From IMG/VR virus record IMGVR_UViG_3300038418_000044, positions 1 through 53,077 of that record: a DNA stretch of 53,077 nucleotides. One strand, given 5' to 3'. This DNA is from a virus (lineage: Duplodnaviria > Caudoviricetes). Of this stretch, positions 1-8,509 are shown one piece after another (positions within the stretch are counted from its first letter, which is position 1; each line of letters opens with the position of its first letter). The notes beneath the pieces are model-generated. The model was not told where the DNA came from, made no database searches, and saw only the letters and a list, made by a program, of their open reading frames with translations. A program made the position numbers and the translations under genes.

Positions 1-1
1 A

Positions 2-163
2 CAGTTAGCAGATGGCGTGGGCTGGGACAAGGCTAATGCGCTGGGGGCTAGATTCAAGACGCCGGAAGCGCTCTTACTGGCCAGTGAGAAGCAGCTCATG
101 GAAGTGGACGGCATTGGCAAAAAGCTAGCAAGAGGAATACTAGACGGAATACACAATGGATAA
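2..163 (+). CDS. C-terminal end of a helix-hairpin-helix protein (partial; possibly an ERCC4-type phage nuclease)
   Basis: Own translation QLADGVGWDKANALGARFKTPEALLLASEKQLMEVDGIGKKLARGILDGIHNG* shows two HhH motifs (GVG..KA, GIGKKLA); overlaps the next ATG. Confidence 0.7.
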   Translation, partial: QLADGVGWDKANALGARFKTPEALLLASEKQLMEVDGIGKKLARGILDGIHNG

Positions 164-830
164 CCCCTCATACGTAGGCGTAGGCTTGGTCGTTGCAATC
201 CCCTTTGGCTACAAAGTCGTGCATCGTTCATTCGCGCGCAGTCTCGCCTGCATGGCCTACCCGATTGGCACGTCACGGGCGTTTACGCACGTAGATGACC
301 AGCCCTTGGATATTGCCCGCGAGGTGCTAGCAGAGAAGGCCATCGCCAATGGAGCCAAGTACATGCTGTTTTGGGACGACGATATTGACGCTCCTTCCTA
401 TGGCTTGCGCTATCTACTAGCTACAATGGAGCAGTACTCAGACGTGCTGGCCTGCGCTGGCATATACTCTGCCCGCAGTGAGCCATGTGAGCCCTGCGTG
501 TTCCGCGGAGTAGGTCAAGGCCCATTCTGGAAGTGGAAGGTAGGCGAGATTTTCGAGGTTGACGCCATTGGCCCGGGCTTTATGCTGATTAACCTAGCCA
601 AGTTGCAATCCATGGTGCGGCCTTGGTTTCAATTTGTGGACGAATCCTCTGCCGATCCCAACGCGGAAGTGCAGCAAGTCACCACTACCGAGGATATGTA
701 CTTTGCTAGGAAAGCCAAAGCTGCTGGCCATCGCATATTGGCCCATGGCGGGGTGCTTTGTAAACACTGTGACCGGAAGAGTGGGAACGTATATGAGATT
801 CCAACGGATAGCTTCCCGTTCCTGCAATAG
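156..830 (+). CDS. GT-A fold glycosyltransferase (GT2-like)
   Basis: ARE..AEKA, YMLFWDDD (DxD), GPGFMLI, EDMYF motifs. Confidence 0.8.
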   Translation: MDNPSYVGVGLVVAIPFGYKVVHRSFARSLACMAYPIGTSRAFTHVDDQPLDIAREVLAEKAIANGAKYMLFWDDDIDAPSYGLRYLLATMEQYSDVLACAGIYSARSEPCEPCVFRGVGQGPFWKWKVGEIFEVDAIGPGFMLINLAKLQSMVRPWFQFVDESSADPNAEVQQVTTTEDMYFARKAKAAGHRILAHGGVLCKHCDRKSGNVYEIPTDSFPFLQ

Positions 831-838
831 GGGGCCGT

Positions 839-1069
839 ATGATAATACCCGATCCACTACAGCCTTGGGGCATAGATGAAGCGAAAGCCGACCAGCAGGA
901 TAGGGAATGCTTGGCGATATTGGCATTGGCTGAGTTGGATGAAGTGTTTCCCGAGAGCAAGGGTTTCACAATCTCACAGATAGCAGCAATGGTACGCGAG
1001 ATGGCTGAGCGTGGCGAACCGCTCAATGAGTATGCAGTGCGGTACCGGCAGAGGACGGTTGAGAATTGA
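839..1069 (+). CDS. hypothetical protein
   Basis: Fills the gap in a tightly packed operon; stop overlaps the next start. Confidence 0.6.
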   Translation: MIIPDPLQPWGIDEAKADQQDRECLAILALAELDEVFPESKGFTISQIAAMVREMAERGEPLNEYAVRYRQRTVEN

Positions 1070-1965
1070 AAGTAAACATAATCAGCAATCGAGACGGCTG
1101 GGGGCTGGAACGCGATGCGGATATTCTCCTATCCCTGCTCACGGAATGGGGCCACACTACTGAATTCTGTAGCTGGAAGGAGCCTGTGCCTCTCCTGCCT
1201 CGCGCCCAAGTAGCCGTCTACTGTGAAGTTATAGTACCAGTCCTCTTCATGTTCGCCCGCTATCAATGGCTCTTCATTAATCCCGAGTGGTGCTTCAAGG
1301 ACTGGCAGGAGACGTTCGGCCAGTTCCAGTACCTGCTCTGCAAGACCCATGATGCGCAGCGCAGGATGCGGGAAGTCGTGGGTGAGAAGGCAGTATTCAC
1401 CAACTTTACCTGCCGTGATCTACTGGATACTTCCATCAAGCGCCAGCGTAAGTTCCTGCATGTTGCGGGTGACTCACGCGCCAAGAACACGGATGCGGTT
1501 ATCAAGGCGTGGCAGGCAAATCCCGACCTGCCACCGATGACTCTTGTGAGCCGCAACCACAAGTGCTTTGGCTATAAAAACATCATCTGGCGTGCGTGGG
1601 TGCCCAACTGGGAGATAACGCGACTATTCAATTCCCACATCTTCCACGTGTGCCCCTCGCAGTATGAGGGCTATGGCCACTACATTCATGAAGCACAGAC
1701 CACGAAGGCTGTCATCCTGACTACTGATGCGCCCCCCATGGATGAGTTTGGGACGCCAGCACCATTCCGCGTGCCAGTGAGCAAGATTGAGCCACGGGAG
1801 TTTGGGCAGTTGAATTACGTTGACAGTTGTAGTATCGTGGATAGTGTAAGGAAGATGATTGAGCTGTCCGATGCCGAGGTAGAGGCTTACGGGGAAGAGG
1901 CAAGACAGCGGTTCTTTGATGACCGTGAGGATTTCCACAAACGCTTTGGGGAGTTGCTGAGGTGA
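1066..1965 (+). CDS. GT-B fold glycosyltransferase (GT4-like)
   Basis: FLHVAG..KNT, CPSQYEGYGHYIHEA (E-x7-E), TTDAPPMDE. Confidence 0.85.
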   Translation: MKVNIISNRDGWGLERDADILLSLLTEWGHTTEFCSWKEPVPLLPRAQVAVYCEVIVPVLFMFARYQWLFINPEWCFKDWQETFGQFQYLLCKTHDAQRRMREVVGEKAVFTNFTCRDLLDTSIKRQRKFLHVAGDSRAKNTDAVIKAWQANPDLPPMTLVSRNHKCFGYKNIIWRAWVPNWEITRLFNSHIFHVCPSQYEGYGHYIHEAQTTKAVILTTDAPPMDEFGTPAPFRVPVSKIEPREFGQLNYVDSCSIVDSVRKMIELSDAEVEAYGEEARQRFFDDREDFHKRFGELLR

Positions 1966-2612
1966 GTTTCACTGTCCTAGATGTTGGCTGCCGCGGGGGG
2001 CCACCAGATGCATGGCTTCCAATCCCAGACTTGCGCATCATTGGCTTCGACGTGGATGGACGGGAGTGCAAGAGGCTGATTAGCCTCTATCCGCAGTTCA
2101 CCTTCGTAACCTGCGCGCTGGGGTCGAAAGCTGGTGAGGGCTGCTTCTACCTTGCCCAAGACACCAGTTCTTCCTCCTTCTACCCACCGCGCGAAGAGGT
2201 GCTATCCTCTTACAAAGTCGTGGATGCATGGGATAAGGTACCCATTCGCACGCTGGACTCTTTTGCGCAGGAATACTTCCCAACTGGCGCTGACTTCTTA
2301 AAGTTGGACGCGCAGGGCTATGAGTTGGAAATCCTATGGGGGTCGGTGGAGACTCTAAAGTCAGTTGTGCTGGTTCAGGCTGAGGTCGAGTTCAACCCGC
2401 TCTACCAAGGCCAGCCTCTCTTTGGCGAGGTGGACGCTTTCCTGCGCGCACAGGGATTCGAGTTGTGGGACTTCCGGCAGATAACACATTATGGTAGAGG
2501 TCAGTTGTACTGGGCGGACGCTTACTATGTGCCCAAGCCCCTGCGCGACTTTGACAAGACGCAGGTCATCATGCACGCTCTGGAGTTTAATAAGTTCTTT
2601 GAGGCGGCGTAA
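1962..2612 (+). CDS. FkbM-family SAM-dependent methyltransferase
   Basis: VLDVGCRGG, TLDSF, FLKLDAQGYELEIL.G, EVEF.PLY.GQPLF. Confidence 0.9.
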   Translation: MSFTVLDVGCRGGPPDAWLPIPDLRIIGFDVDGRECKRLISLYPQFTFVTCALGSKAGEGCFYLAQDTSSSSFYPPREEVLSSYKVVDAWDKVPIRTLDSFAQEYFPTGADFLKLDAQGYELEILWGSVETLKSVVLVQAEVEFNPLYQGQPLFGEVDAFLRAQGFELWDFRQITHYGRGQLYWADAYYVPKPLRDFDKTQVIMHALEFNKFFEAA

Positions 2613-2614
2613 TC

Positions 2615-3436
2615 ATGAATATTGCTTGTTTGTTTCCATCTAACGTGGGCTGCGGATATTGCATGGCTGATGGCGTGCCCATCGTGCTTCGGCGCATGGG
2701 CCATAGAGTCATGGAATACCGCAATCCTAGGATAGCGGACGGGCCATGTGAGTTTCCCGGATTTGACCTCGTGCTAGTTCTAGTACCGGAGGCTATAGAC
2801 TCCAAGATTTACGCCAGCGCCAAACCGCCCATCGCTCTCTGGATATGCGAGACGACGGGGCGCGAAGACTTCGACTTTGGGCCGGGTTATGACTTCCTAA
2901 CCAAACTCACTCCCTATTGCTTTTTCCCATCCGCCAGTGATGCTGAGCACTACGGCTGCACCTTCCTGCCATTTGGAGTGGACACTGAAGTGTTCCAGCC
3001 CATGCCCGAAATCAAGCGGGATGTAGCAGTGGGATTCTTGGGACAACTCTATGCCAAGCGGCGTGTGTTCTTGGGTAAGCTGGAAGAGGCTGGAATCCAT
3101 GTTGAGGTACTGCCCCGTGTAGAGTGGGACTCTGACCCCAAAGTGTGGGGGGAGAACTTAGTTCTCGCCTATAATCGCATAGACCTGTTCGTCAGTCTGC
3201 CTTCGCTATCACTGCTAACGGTCTGCAAGGTATACGAAGCTATGGCCTGCGGGTGCGTGGTTGCTGAGATGCACGGGGAAGAGGACATTGAGGGGCTCAA
3301 GCGGATCATTGCGTGGGGCCGCGAGCACCGAGATGAGGCTGGGATGCAGGCTAGGATGTCGGCGGTGAAGTACTATAAGTTGGAATATCGCTTGCAGAAG
3401 ATTCTCGACACGGTAGCAGCGGGAGATAAAAAATGA
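2615..3436 (+). CDS. GT-B glycosyltransferase (YkvP/CgeB-like)
   Basis: FLPFGVDTEVFQP, DVAVGFLG..Y.KRR, KVYEAMACG. Confidence 0.8.
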   Translation: MNIACLFPSNVGCGYCMADGVPIVLRRMGHRVMEYRNPRIADGPCEFPGFDLVLVLVPEAIDSKIYASAKPPIALWICETTGREDFDFGPGYDFLTKLTPYCFFPSASDAEHYGCTFLPFGVDTEVFQPMPEIKRDVAVGFLGQLYAKRRVFLGKLEEAGIHVEVLPRVEWDSDPKVWGENLVLAYNRIDLFVSLPSLSLLTVCKVYEAMACGCVVAEMHGEEDIEGLKRIIAWGREHRDEAGMQARMSAVKYYKLEYRLQKILDTVAAGDKK

Positions 3437-3780
3437 AATGGACTAATCTTGAACCAGGATGGAGGCTAGTCATAGGCCCCTTCGAGGTACAGTTGGAGTG
3501 GGCGAAAGGAAGAAGGTATCTAACCGTATCCTTCCCTGTACAACATACTGTCCTCACGGGGGGATTTCGCTCGTTCTTACGGGTGGGTTCCTGCCCCAAT
3601 TGGTTCCCTGACACTAGCCTTTTCTGGGCTGGAGGTCATCTTCACCTATATGTAGGATTACTCAGGTTTCACGTTTGGCTTAACTTTGAATCGTCAGCCA
3701 ACAGAAACCGTCTAGCCTCAGACCTTGCGCAGGCTAGGGATTCTTGGTTACGGTCTAAGGCAGTAGTGGGGGCAAAGTGA
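3433..3780 (+). CDS. hypothetical protein
   Basis: ATGA and GTGA overlaps with its neighbours. Confidence 0.55.
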   Translation: MKWTNLEPGWRLVIGPFEVQLEWAKGRRYLTVSFPVQHTVLTGGFRSFLRVGSCPNWFPDTSLFWAGGHLHLYVGLLRFHVWLNFESSANRNRLASDLAQARDSWLRSKAVVGAK

Positions 3781-4628
3781 GAGACTTCATCATCGTTCCA
3801 TCGCATGTCCGCCCTGAAATGCTGCAACTATCTCTAGAGCACCTGTTCAAATGCCCCGAGGCCAAGGATGCTAAGGTGGTAGTCTATGCCGACAACCATC
3901 CCCACTGGCCTACCCACCCAGATATCTTCGCAGTAGCCCGCAGGTTTCCAGTCAAACTGGTGAAGCGCGAGGCTGATGCTGGCTTCTACGCCATCCGCAA
4001 CAAGCTAGAAGCTCTCAGGGACGCTTACAACGATGGGGCAGACCTCATCTATGACATCGAGGAAGATGTGCTCGTTGGTCAAGACCTCTTCCGGTGGCAC
4101 CGTGCGATATTCGCACAAGAGCCCGACATCTTCGCCAGCATTGGGCGCAAGCGCGCTGCCGCTCACTTCCCGAATCCCAAGCCGGAGGATTATGAACTGG
4201 TCAGGGGCTTCAACTGTGGAGGCTCAGCCTTCCCCCGTAGGAGTATACCGCTCCTGCTAGATCACGCCACAAGGAAGTATTATGATTCCCCCTATGATTA
4301 CTTGGCTGAAGCCTTCCCAGAGTTCGTGCCTGGGATGGGCAAGTCCAACTCTGGCTACGATGGCATGGTCTTGCGCGTTATCCTTCGCCAAGGCTCCTAC
4401 TGTGCTTGGCCTGTCATCTCCCGCGCTCAGCACATTGGCATCTACGGGATGCACCGCCGCTACTGGGAACTCAGGGGAGATATGAGCACGGAACACATGC
4501 TGGTAATCCTGCGGGAGCGTATCAGGGATGAGCTTTGGATGTGCCAACACTTCAAAGATTGCGAAGTATTCGACCTAGAGGATAAAGTCTGGGACAAACC
4601 AGTGAGGATCGCTACCGATGCCCCGTGA
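3777..4628 (+). CDS. GT-A glycosyltransferase-like protein, paralog 1
   Basis: IIVPS..RPEML, IEEDVLV (acidic metal-binding motif), SRAQHIGIYG. Confidence 0.7.
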   Translation: MRDFIIVPSHVRPEMLQLSLEHLFKCPEAKDAKVVVYADNHPHWPTHPDIFAVARRFPVKLVKREADAGFYAIRNKLEALRDAYNDGADLIYDIEEDVLVGQDLFRWHRAIFAQEPDIFASIGRKRAAAHFPNPKPEDYELVRGFNCGGSAFPRRSIPLLLDHATRKYYDSPYDYLAEAFPEFVPGMGKSNSGYDGMVLRVILRQGSYCAWPVISRAQHIGIYGMHRRYWELRGDMSTEHMLVILRERIRDELWMCQHFKDCEVFDLEDKVWDKPVRIATDAP

Positions 4629-5457
4629 TTTCGTTATTGTACCAGCATTCAAGAGGCCGGAGATGCTAGAACTGTCTCTGCAACACCTTTTTCGCTGTCC
4701 AGAGGCAGACGATGCACAGGTCACTATCTACATAGACAAACACGTTGGCGAACTTCCAGACCCTGCTTGCTGGGAAGTGGCTAGGGGCTTTCCAGTGGAG
4801 CGGGTAGAACGTGAGTCCCACACTGGAAAGTTTGACATCAGGAACGTCATGGGGGCTTTTCAGGATGCTCAGGCTGCCGGAGCGGAATATACATTCCTAG
4901 TTGAGGAGGATGTGCTGGTAGCGGTGGACTACTTCCACTGGCACCATTTGGTCTTGGCCCAAGAGCCGGATGCTTTTGCTAGTATTGGACGCCACCCTAA
5001 CTTGATCCACTTTAAGAGTAGCGGCATAAGCACTGAGAACTACGCAATCCTGTCTGCTTTCAGTTGCGTGGGCTCCTGCTTCCCAAACCGAACCCTGCCT
5101 ATCATCACGCGGCACGCCACTCCAGAGTTCTACTCCGACCCACGATCCTATGTGCAGCGGACATTCGCTGAAACTTCCCCCGAGGGTTACTCCTACGATG
5201 GTATCCTGCAAAGAGAGATGCGGCGGCAAGGTCTGGGCTGCATCTGGCCTGCTGTGGCTCGCGCTCAACACATTGGCATTTATGGCCTACATCGTGGCTT
5301 CTGGCAGTTCATGGAAGGCAAGAGTTGGGAGCAAAAGAGGGACATCCTGCGGGAGCACCTGACTGACTCAGCTTGGATGAACCAACACTTTGGGGATTGT
5401 GAAGTAGCAGATTTGGGGGATAAGCAGTGGGAGAAGCCGAGGAGGGTTAATCCATGA
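4618..5457 (+). CDS. GT-A glycosyltransferase-like protein, paralog 2
   Basis: Collinear with 3777-4628 (RPEML.LSL.HLF.CPEA, VEEDVLV, AQEPD.FASIGR, RAQHIGIYG.HR). Confidence 0.7.
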   Translation: MPRDFVIVPAFKRPEMLELSLQHLFRCPEADDAQVTIYIDKHVGELPDPACWEVARGFPVERVERESHTGKFDIRNVMGAFQDAQAAGAEYTFLVEEDVLVAVDYFHWHHLVLAQEPDAFASIGRHPNLIHFKSSGISTENYAILSAFSCVGSCFPNRTLPIITRHATPEFYSDPRSYVQRTFAETSPEGYSYDGILQREMRRQGLGCIWPAVARAQHIGIYGLHRGFWQFMEGKSWEQKRDILREHLTDSAWMNQHFGDCEVADLGDKQWEKPRRVNP

Positions 5458-5612
5458 GTGATGAGCTGATTGAAGAGTTAGTGCAGCGCCTAGACCAGCA
5501 ACACGCCGACATGCTGCGGCAGACTCTCGCCATGCAGCAACTATCCAAAGCCATTCTGCAACTCAGCGCGAATGTCATGCAACTGGACTCGACGATGGCT
5601 ACGCGAAGATAG
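5454..5612 (+). CDS. small coiled-coil protein (52 aa, not in ORF track)
   Basis: MSDELIEELVQRLDQQHADMLRQTLAMQQLSKAILQL...; GGAG SD; ATGA overlap. Confidence 0.6.
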   Translation: MSDELIEELVQRLDQQHADMLRQTLAMQQLSKAILQLSANVMQLDSTMATRR

Positions 5613-5615
5613 TTC

Positions 5616-5644
5616 TTGACTGTGCCCACGCTGGATGCTAGCAT
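5616..5644 (+). promoter_or_regulatory. sigma70-like promoter with extended -10
   Basis: TTGACT-17 nt-TAGCAT, with TGc before the -10. Confidence 0.7.
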
Positions 5645-5650
5645 GAGGAT

Positions 5651-5767
5651 AGGAGCAAAGGCTGCGGCGGCATGGGCGCTCTTTCAGTGGGGCTAGAAGA
5701 CACCACGTCGAAATAGGGTGTAGGCCATAACGTGCATAACAGACATCTGGCCCGCAGCCTTCGCCCT
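5651..5767 (+). ncRNA. candidate structured ncRNA or 5' leader
   Basis: Begins at the predicted TSS; AGGAGCAAAGGCTGCGG pairs with CCGCAGCCTTCGCCCT; internal hairpins; no credible ORF. Confidence 0.5.
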
Positions 5768-5879
5768 CCAAGTTTATGAGCCAGCCCCGGTGGATGGAGT
5801 AGCGGGAGAAGCATGACGGCCCATTAAGCCCGCCTAGGGATGGCCCTCCAGAACGGCACAACGGCGCGAGGAGGAAGAG

Positions 5880-6503
5880 ATGACACGAGAAACGAACGTA
5901 AATCTGAGAATCGAACTTGTTGATGCATTGCGTAAAAAGTTCTTACAGGAAAAGCTTTGCAATTTCGTAGCTGACTCGCTTCTTCCCCTAATAGAAAACA
6001 AATTGGATTTAGCCCGCAAGGGTGTCACCGCCGACCTCCAAGCCCAGCATGAGAAGGAGATTCAGGAGGCGCGGGTGGAGATGGTGGAGAGGTGCGCTAA
6101 AGCTGTTTGTCCTTTATGCAACCCAGATTGGCCAGGCGATGGAAGTGCTAGGGTTTATTCCAATGAACTTGCGTGTTTGAAAACGGACGAGTTCCCATAC
6201 AAATCTGGAGACTGGTGCCATCGCATCTTGTCGAGCATTCCATCCTGGAAACCAGGCCAAGAAAATCCTAGATGGAGTGAACCCTATCTTGGACTTTCTC
6301 GTTGCCGTGCGGACAGGATTCGCGCCCTCAACTCCGACCCTGGCTTCTTGGACCGCATCCGCAACAAGGCGAGGCTGGAAGAGGCGAAGTGGTGGTTAGA
6401 ATATTACGAAGCAAATGTTGGCTACCGCTCACTGCCTGCCGATCTTGGGCCGAAGCGCCTCGGCGAGCTTGAGGAGGCCCTTCGCCGGGAGGTGAAGACG
6501 TGA
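5880..6503 (+). CDS. hypothetical protein with CxxC
   Basis: Strong GAGGAGG SD; CPLC motif. Confidence 0.7.
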   Translation: MTRETNVNLRIELVDALRKKFLQEKLCNFVADSLLPLIENKLDLARKGVTADLQAQHEKEIQEARVEMVERCAKAVCPLCNPDWPGDGSARVYSNELACLKTDEFPYKSGDWCHRILSSIPSWKPGQENPRWSEPYLGLSRCRADRIRALNSDPGFLDRIRNKARLEEAKWWLEYYEANVGYRSLPADLGPKRLGELEEALRREVKT

Positions 6504-6676
6504 ATAAGTGCGCGAAAATACCGGAAGACATTTGTCAGTGCGGTCACAAGCGCAAGGAACATGACAGGCGGGGAAAAGGTTATTGCCTTGGTTGCTATCA
6601 TAGAAGTGCTGATGCAAAGCGCACCGATCAAAACGTGGGTTGTAGAAGATTCCGGGGAGAAATGCGATGGCAATGA
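6500..6676 (+). CDS. small Cys/His zinc-finger-like protein (58 aa, not in ORF track)
   Basis: MNKCAKIPEDICQCGHKRKEHDRRGKGYCLGC...GCRRF; GGAGG SD; overlaps at both ends. Confidence 0.65.
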   Translation: MNKCAKIPEDICQCGHKRKEHDRRGKGYCLGCYHRSADAKRTDQNVGCRRFRGEMRWQ

Positions 6677-7239
6677 GTGAGCAACAAATGGCTGATTGCG
6701 AAGTGCAAGGATTTGCCGCCGAGGAAATCCGCGACCTCCGCGCCCGTCTGGAGAAGGCGGAGGAGACTCTTAGACAAGTCGAAAAGTCTGCCATCAAGGA
6801 GCTTTGGGACGACGATCCGAATATTCCCTACGTCGCAGGGGGAACTGGACTAGGGCTTGTCATTCAACATTTCAAGAAGCAAAGGGACTTGGCTCGGGAA
6901 AAGGGCGCGGAGATGCGCAAGAGAATCGTTAAACCGAGCAGAGACGGTAAAGGGTTTTTCTGCACTGTTTGTGGTGGACACGAGATGAAAAACCGCGAAG
7001 GTTTTGGCTTTCCTACAACGGACGGAACGGAAAAACATGGAAGTGACTGCCCAATGAAGGACAACCTTAGCCAGCCTCTCCTCGACGAAATGGAGACCGC
7101 GAGGCGGGTCGTAGAGGCGGCAAAAGAGGTGAAAAGGCAGATTCCATCTATAGGATATGGTCTACCAGAGGCCCTTTCCGACTACCGCGAGCTGGAGGGG
7201 AAAGCGGTTGCGCCCCCACCAAAGGAGCCCCATGGTTAA
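6673..7239 (+). CDS. hypothetical protein (coiled coil plus CxxC...HxxxC)
   Basis: ORF track; CTVC and HGSDCP. Confidence 0.65.
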   Translation: MSEQQMADCEVQGFAAEEIRDLRARLEKAEETLRQVEKSAIKELWDDDPNIPYVAGGTGLGLVIQHFKKQRDLAREKGAEMRKRIVKPSRDGKGFFCTVCGGHEMKNREGFGFPTTDGTEKHGSDCPMKDNLSQPLLDEMETARRVVEAAKEVKRQIPSIGYGLPEALSDYRELEGKAVAPPPKEPHG

Positions 7240-7738
7240 AGTCGAAGAGCACACTGGCAACATCTGGAGTATGCTGCCTCCCGTAACCGACCACTCCGAA
7301 AGTGGCTCATGGGCAGTCGTGCCCGTGAATCAGCTAGGCGTAATGGGCGCTGGCCTCGCCAAAGAAGCCTACTCGCGCTTTCCCAAACAGTGCCAAGATG
7401 ATATCGCCGCACGCAAAGAGCAATGTAGCAAGCCTCACACGCAACAGGTTCTAGTGCGCATGTATCCCCCTCTCATCTTCTTCCCCACTAAATGGGATTG
7501 GGCTAAGAACGCTGACCTACAGCTCATCGCGTGGTCGCTGGATGACCTAACGATGGAGTTAGTAAAGGAAGTGGAAGCGTTCAAGAAGCCCATTCGCGTA
7601 GCTATGCCCCACATCGGCTGTGGGCTGGGACACTTGCAGTGGGACGTGATACGGTATATGATTAGAGGGATGGTGTACCAGCTCAGCCTGTTTGAGTTGG
7701 CTACGGATATAACTATCACTCTAGTAAGCTGGCAATAG
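7232..7738 (+). CDS. macrodomain protein (ADP-ribose-processing, DarG/TARG1-like subtype)
   Basis: PVNQLGVMGAGLAK, FPTKWDW, AMPHIGCGLGHLQW; AGGAG SD before ATG 7232. Confidence 0.85.
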   Translation: MVKVEEHTGNIWSMLPPVTDHSESGSWAVVPVNQLGVMGAGLAKEAYSRFPKQCQDDIAARKEQCSKPHTQQVLVRMYPPLIFFPTKWDWAKNADLQLIAWSLDDLTMELVKEVEAFKKPIRVAMPHIGCGLGHLQWDVIRYMIRGMVYQLSLFELATDITITLVSWQ

Positions 7739-8474
7739 GGAGGTACACACGCGGCATGATATCCGCTTCCCAAATGATTCGCAGCTTGAATCCAGACGCC
7801 TGTGCGAATGCTGCCTTCTTTCTATCATTATCCACATTGTGGGATTGCGCTGCACTAAGGTTCTCACATGAGTAGAATCTAGGGTCGGCGTGCCAGAAAG
7901 TGCCATTGGCTTCTACGAGTGTATTGATGGAGGGGATATAGAAATCAAAAACGAAGCGGCCAACACGGTATTGCGAAATAAATTCGTGACCCTCGGAAGC
8001 CAGAAGGGTAGAAACCTGCTTTTCAAGCCTATTGTTTCTTATCCCAGTGCGCCCAGAAGCAATTTGCTTAGCCGCCAAGATCGCATGGCGCTCACGGGCA
8101 ACCGGATCACTAAATTGCTTGCGGTTGGCTTCTCTTATTTTTTCACGGGTGGCGGGAGAATGGGTGTGCCCAAACATACCATTGCTTTCACCAGGATGTG
8201 CTTTGGACAGAGCCACTCCATGAGCTTTCAGAACTTTTCTTATGAGTGTATCAGACACGTGGAATTGTGTCGCAATCAATGGCGTGGTTACTCCAGCTCC
8301 ATGAAGTGCGACGATCTCGTCCACCTGTCCACCTTTGATTTTGGCCCCAAATTTCCCACTGCATTGGCGAGAGCAGAACTTTCCTCGCCTTGCTTTAATA
8401 AAGGATGGAAAGGACGAGGTTACGAATTCCGCCTCGCAGTTCAGACAATTCCTACTTGTGTCAAATCTGGGCAT
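7716..8474 (-). mobile_element. putative homing endonuclease: Zn finger, HTH, NUMOD3, DUF559/Vsr-like PD-(D/E)xK nuclease
   Basis: CLNC..FCSRQC, HSPATREKI, FDFYIP...VEANGTFWH, IIWE; inverted relative to its operon. Confidence 0.75.
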
Positions 8475-8509
8475 ATCTCAGAGCACGGCATGGGACTGGA
8501 GCCAACAGC

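Noticed and set aside
5651-5767. tRNA, 5S rRNA, Y RNA or hammerhead identity for the candidate RNA
   Set aside because: No canonical TTCGA T-arm with acceptor and anticodon arms, no CTGATGA core, no recognisable 5S sequence
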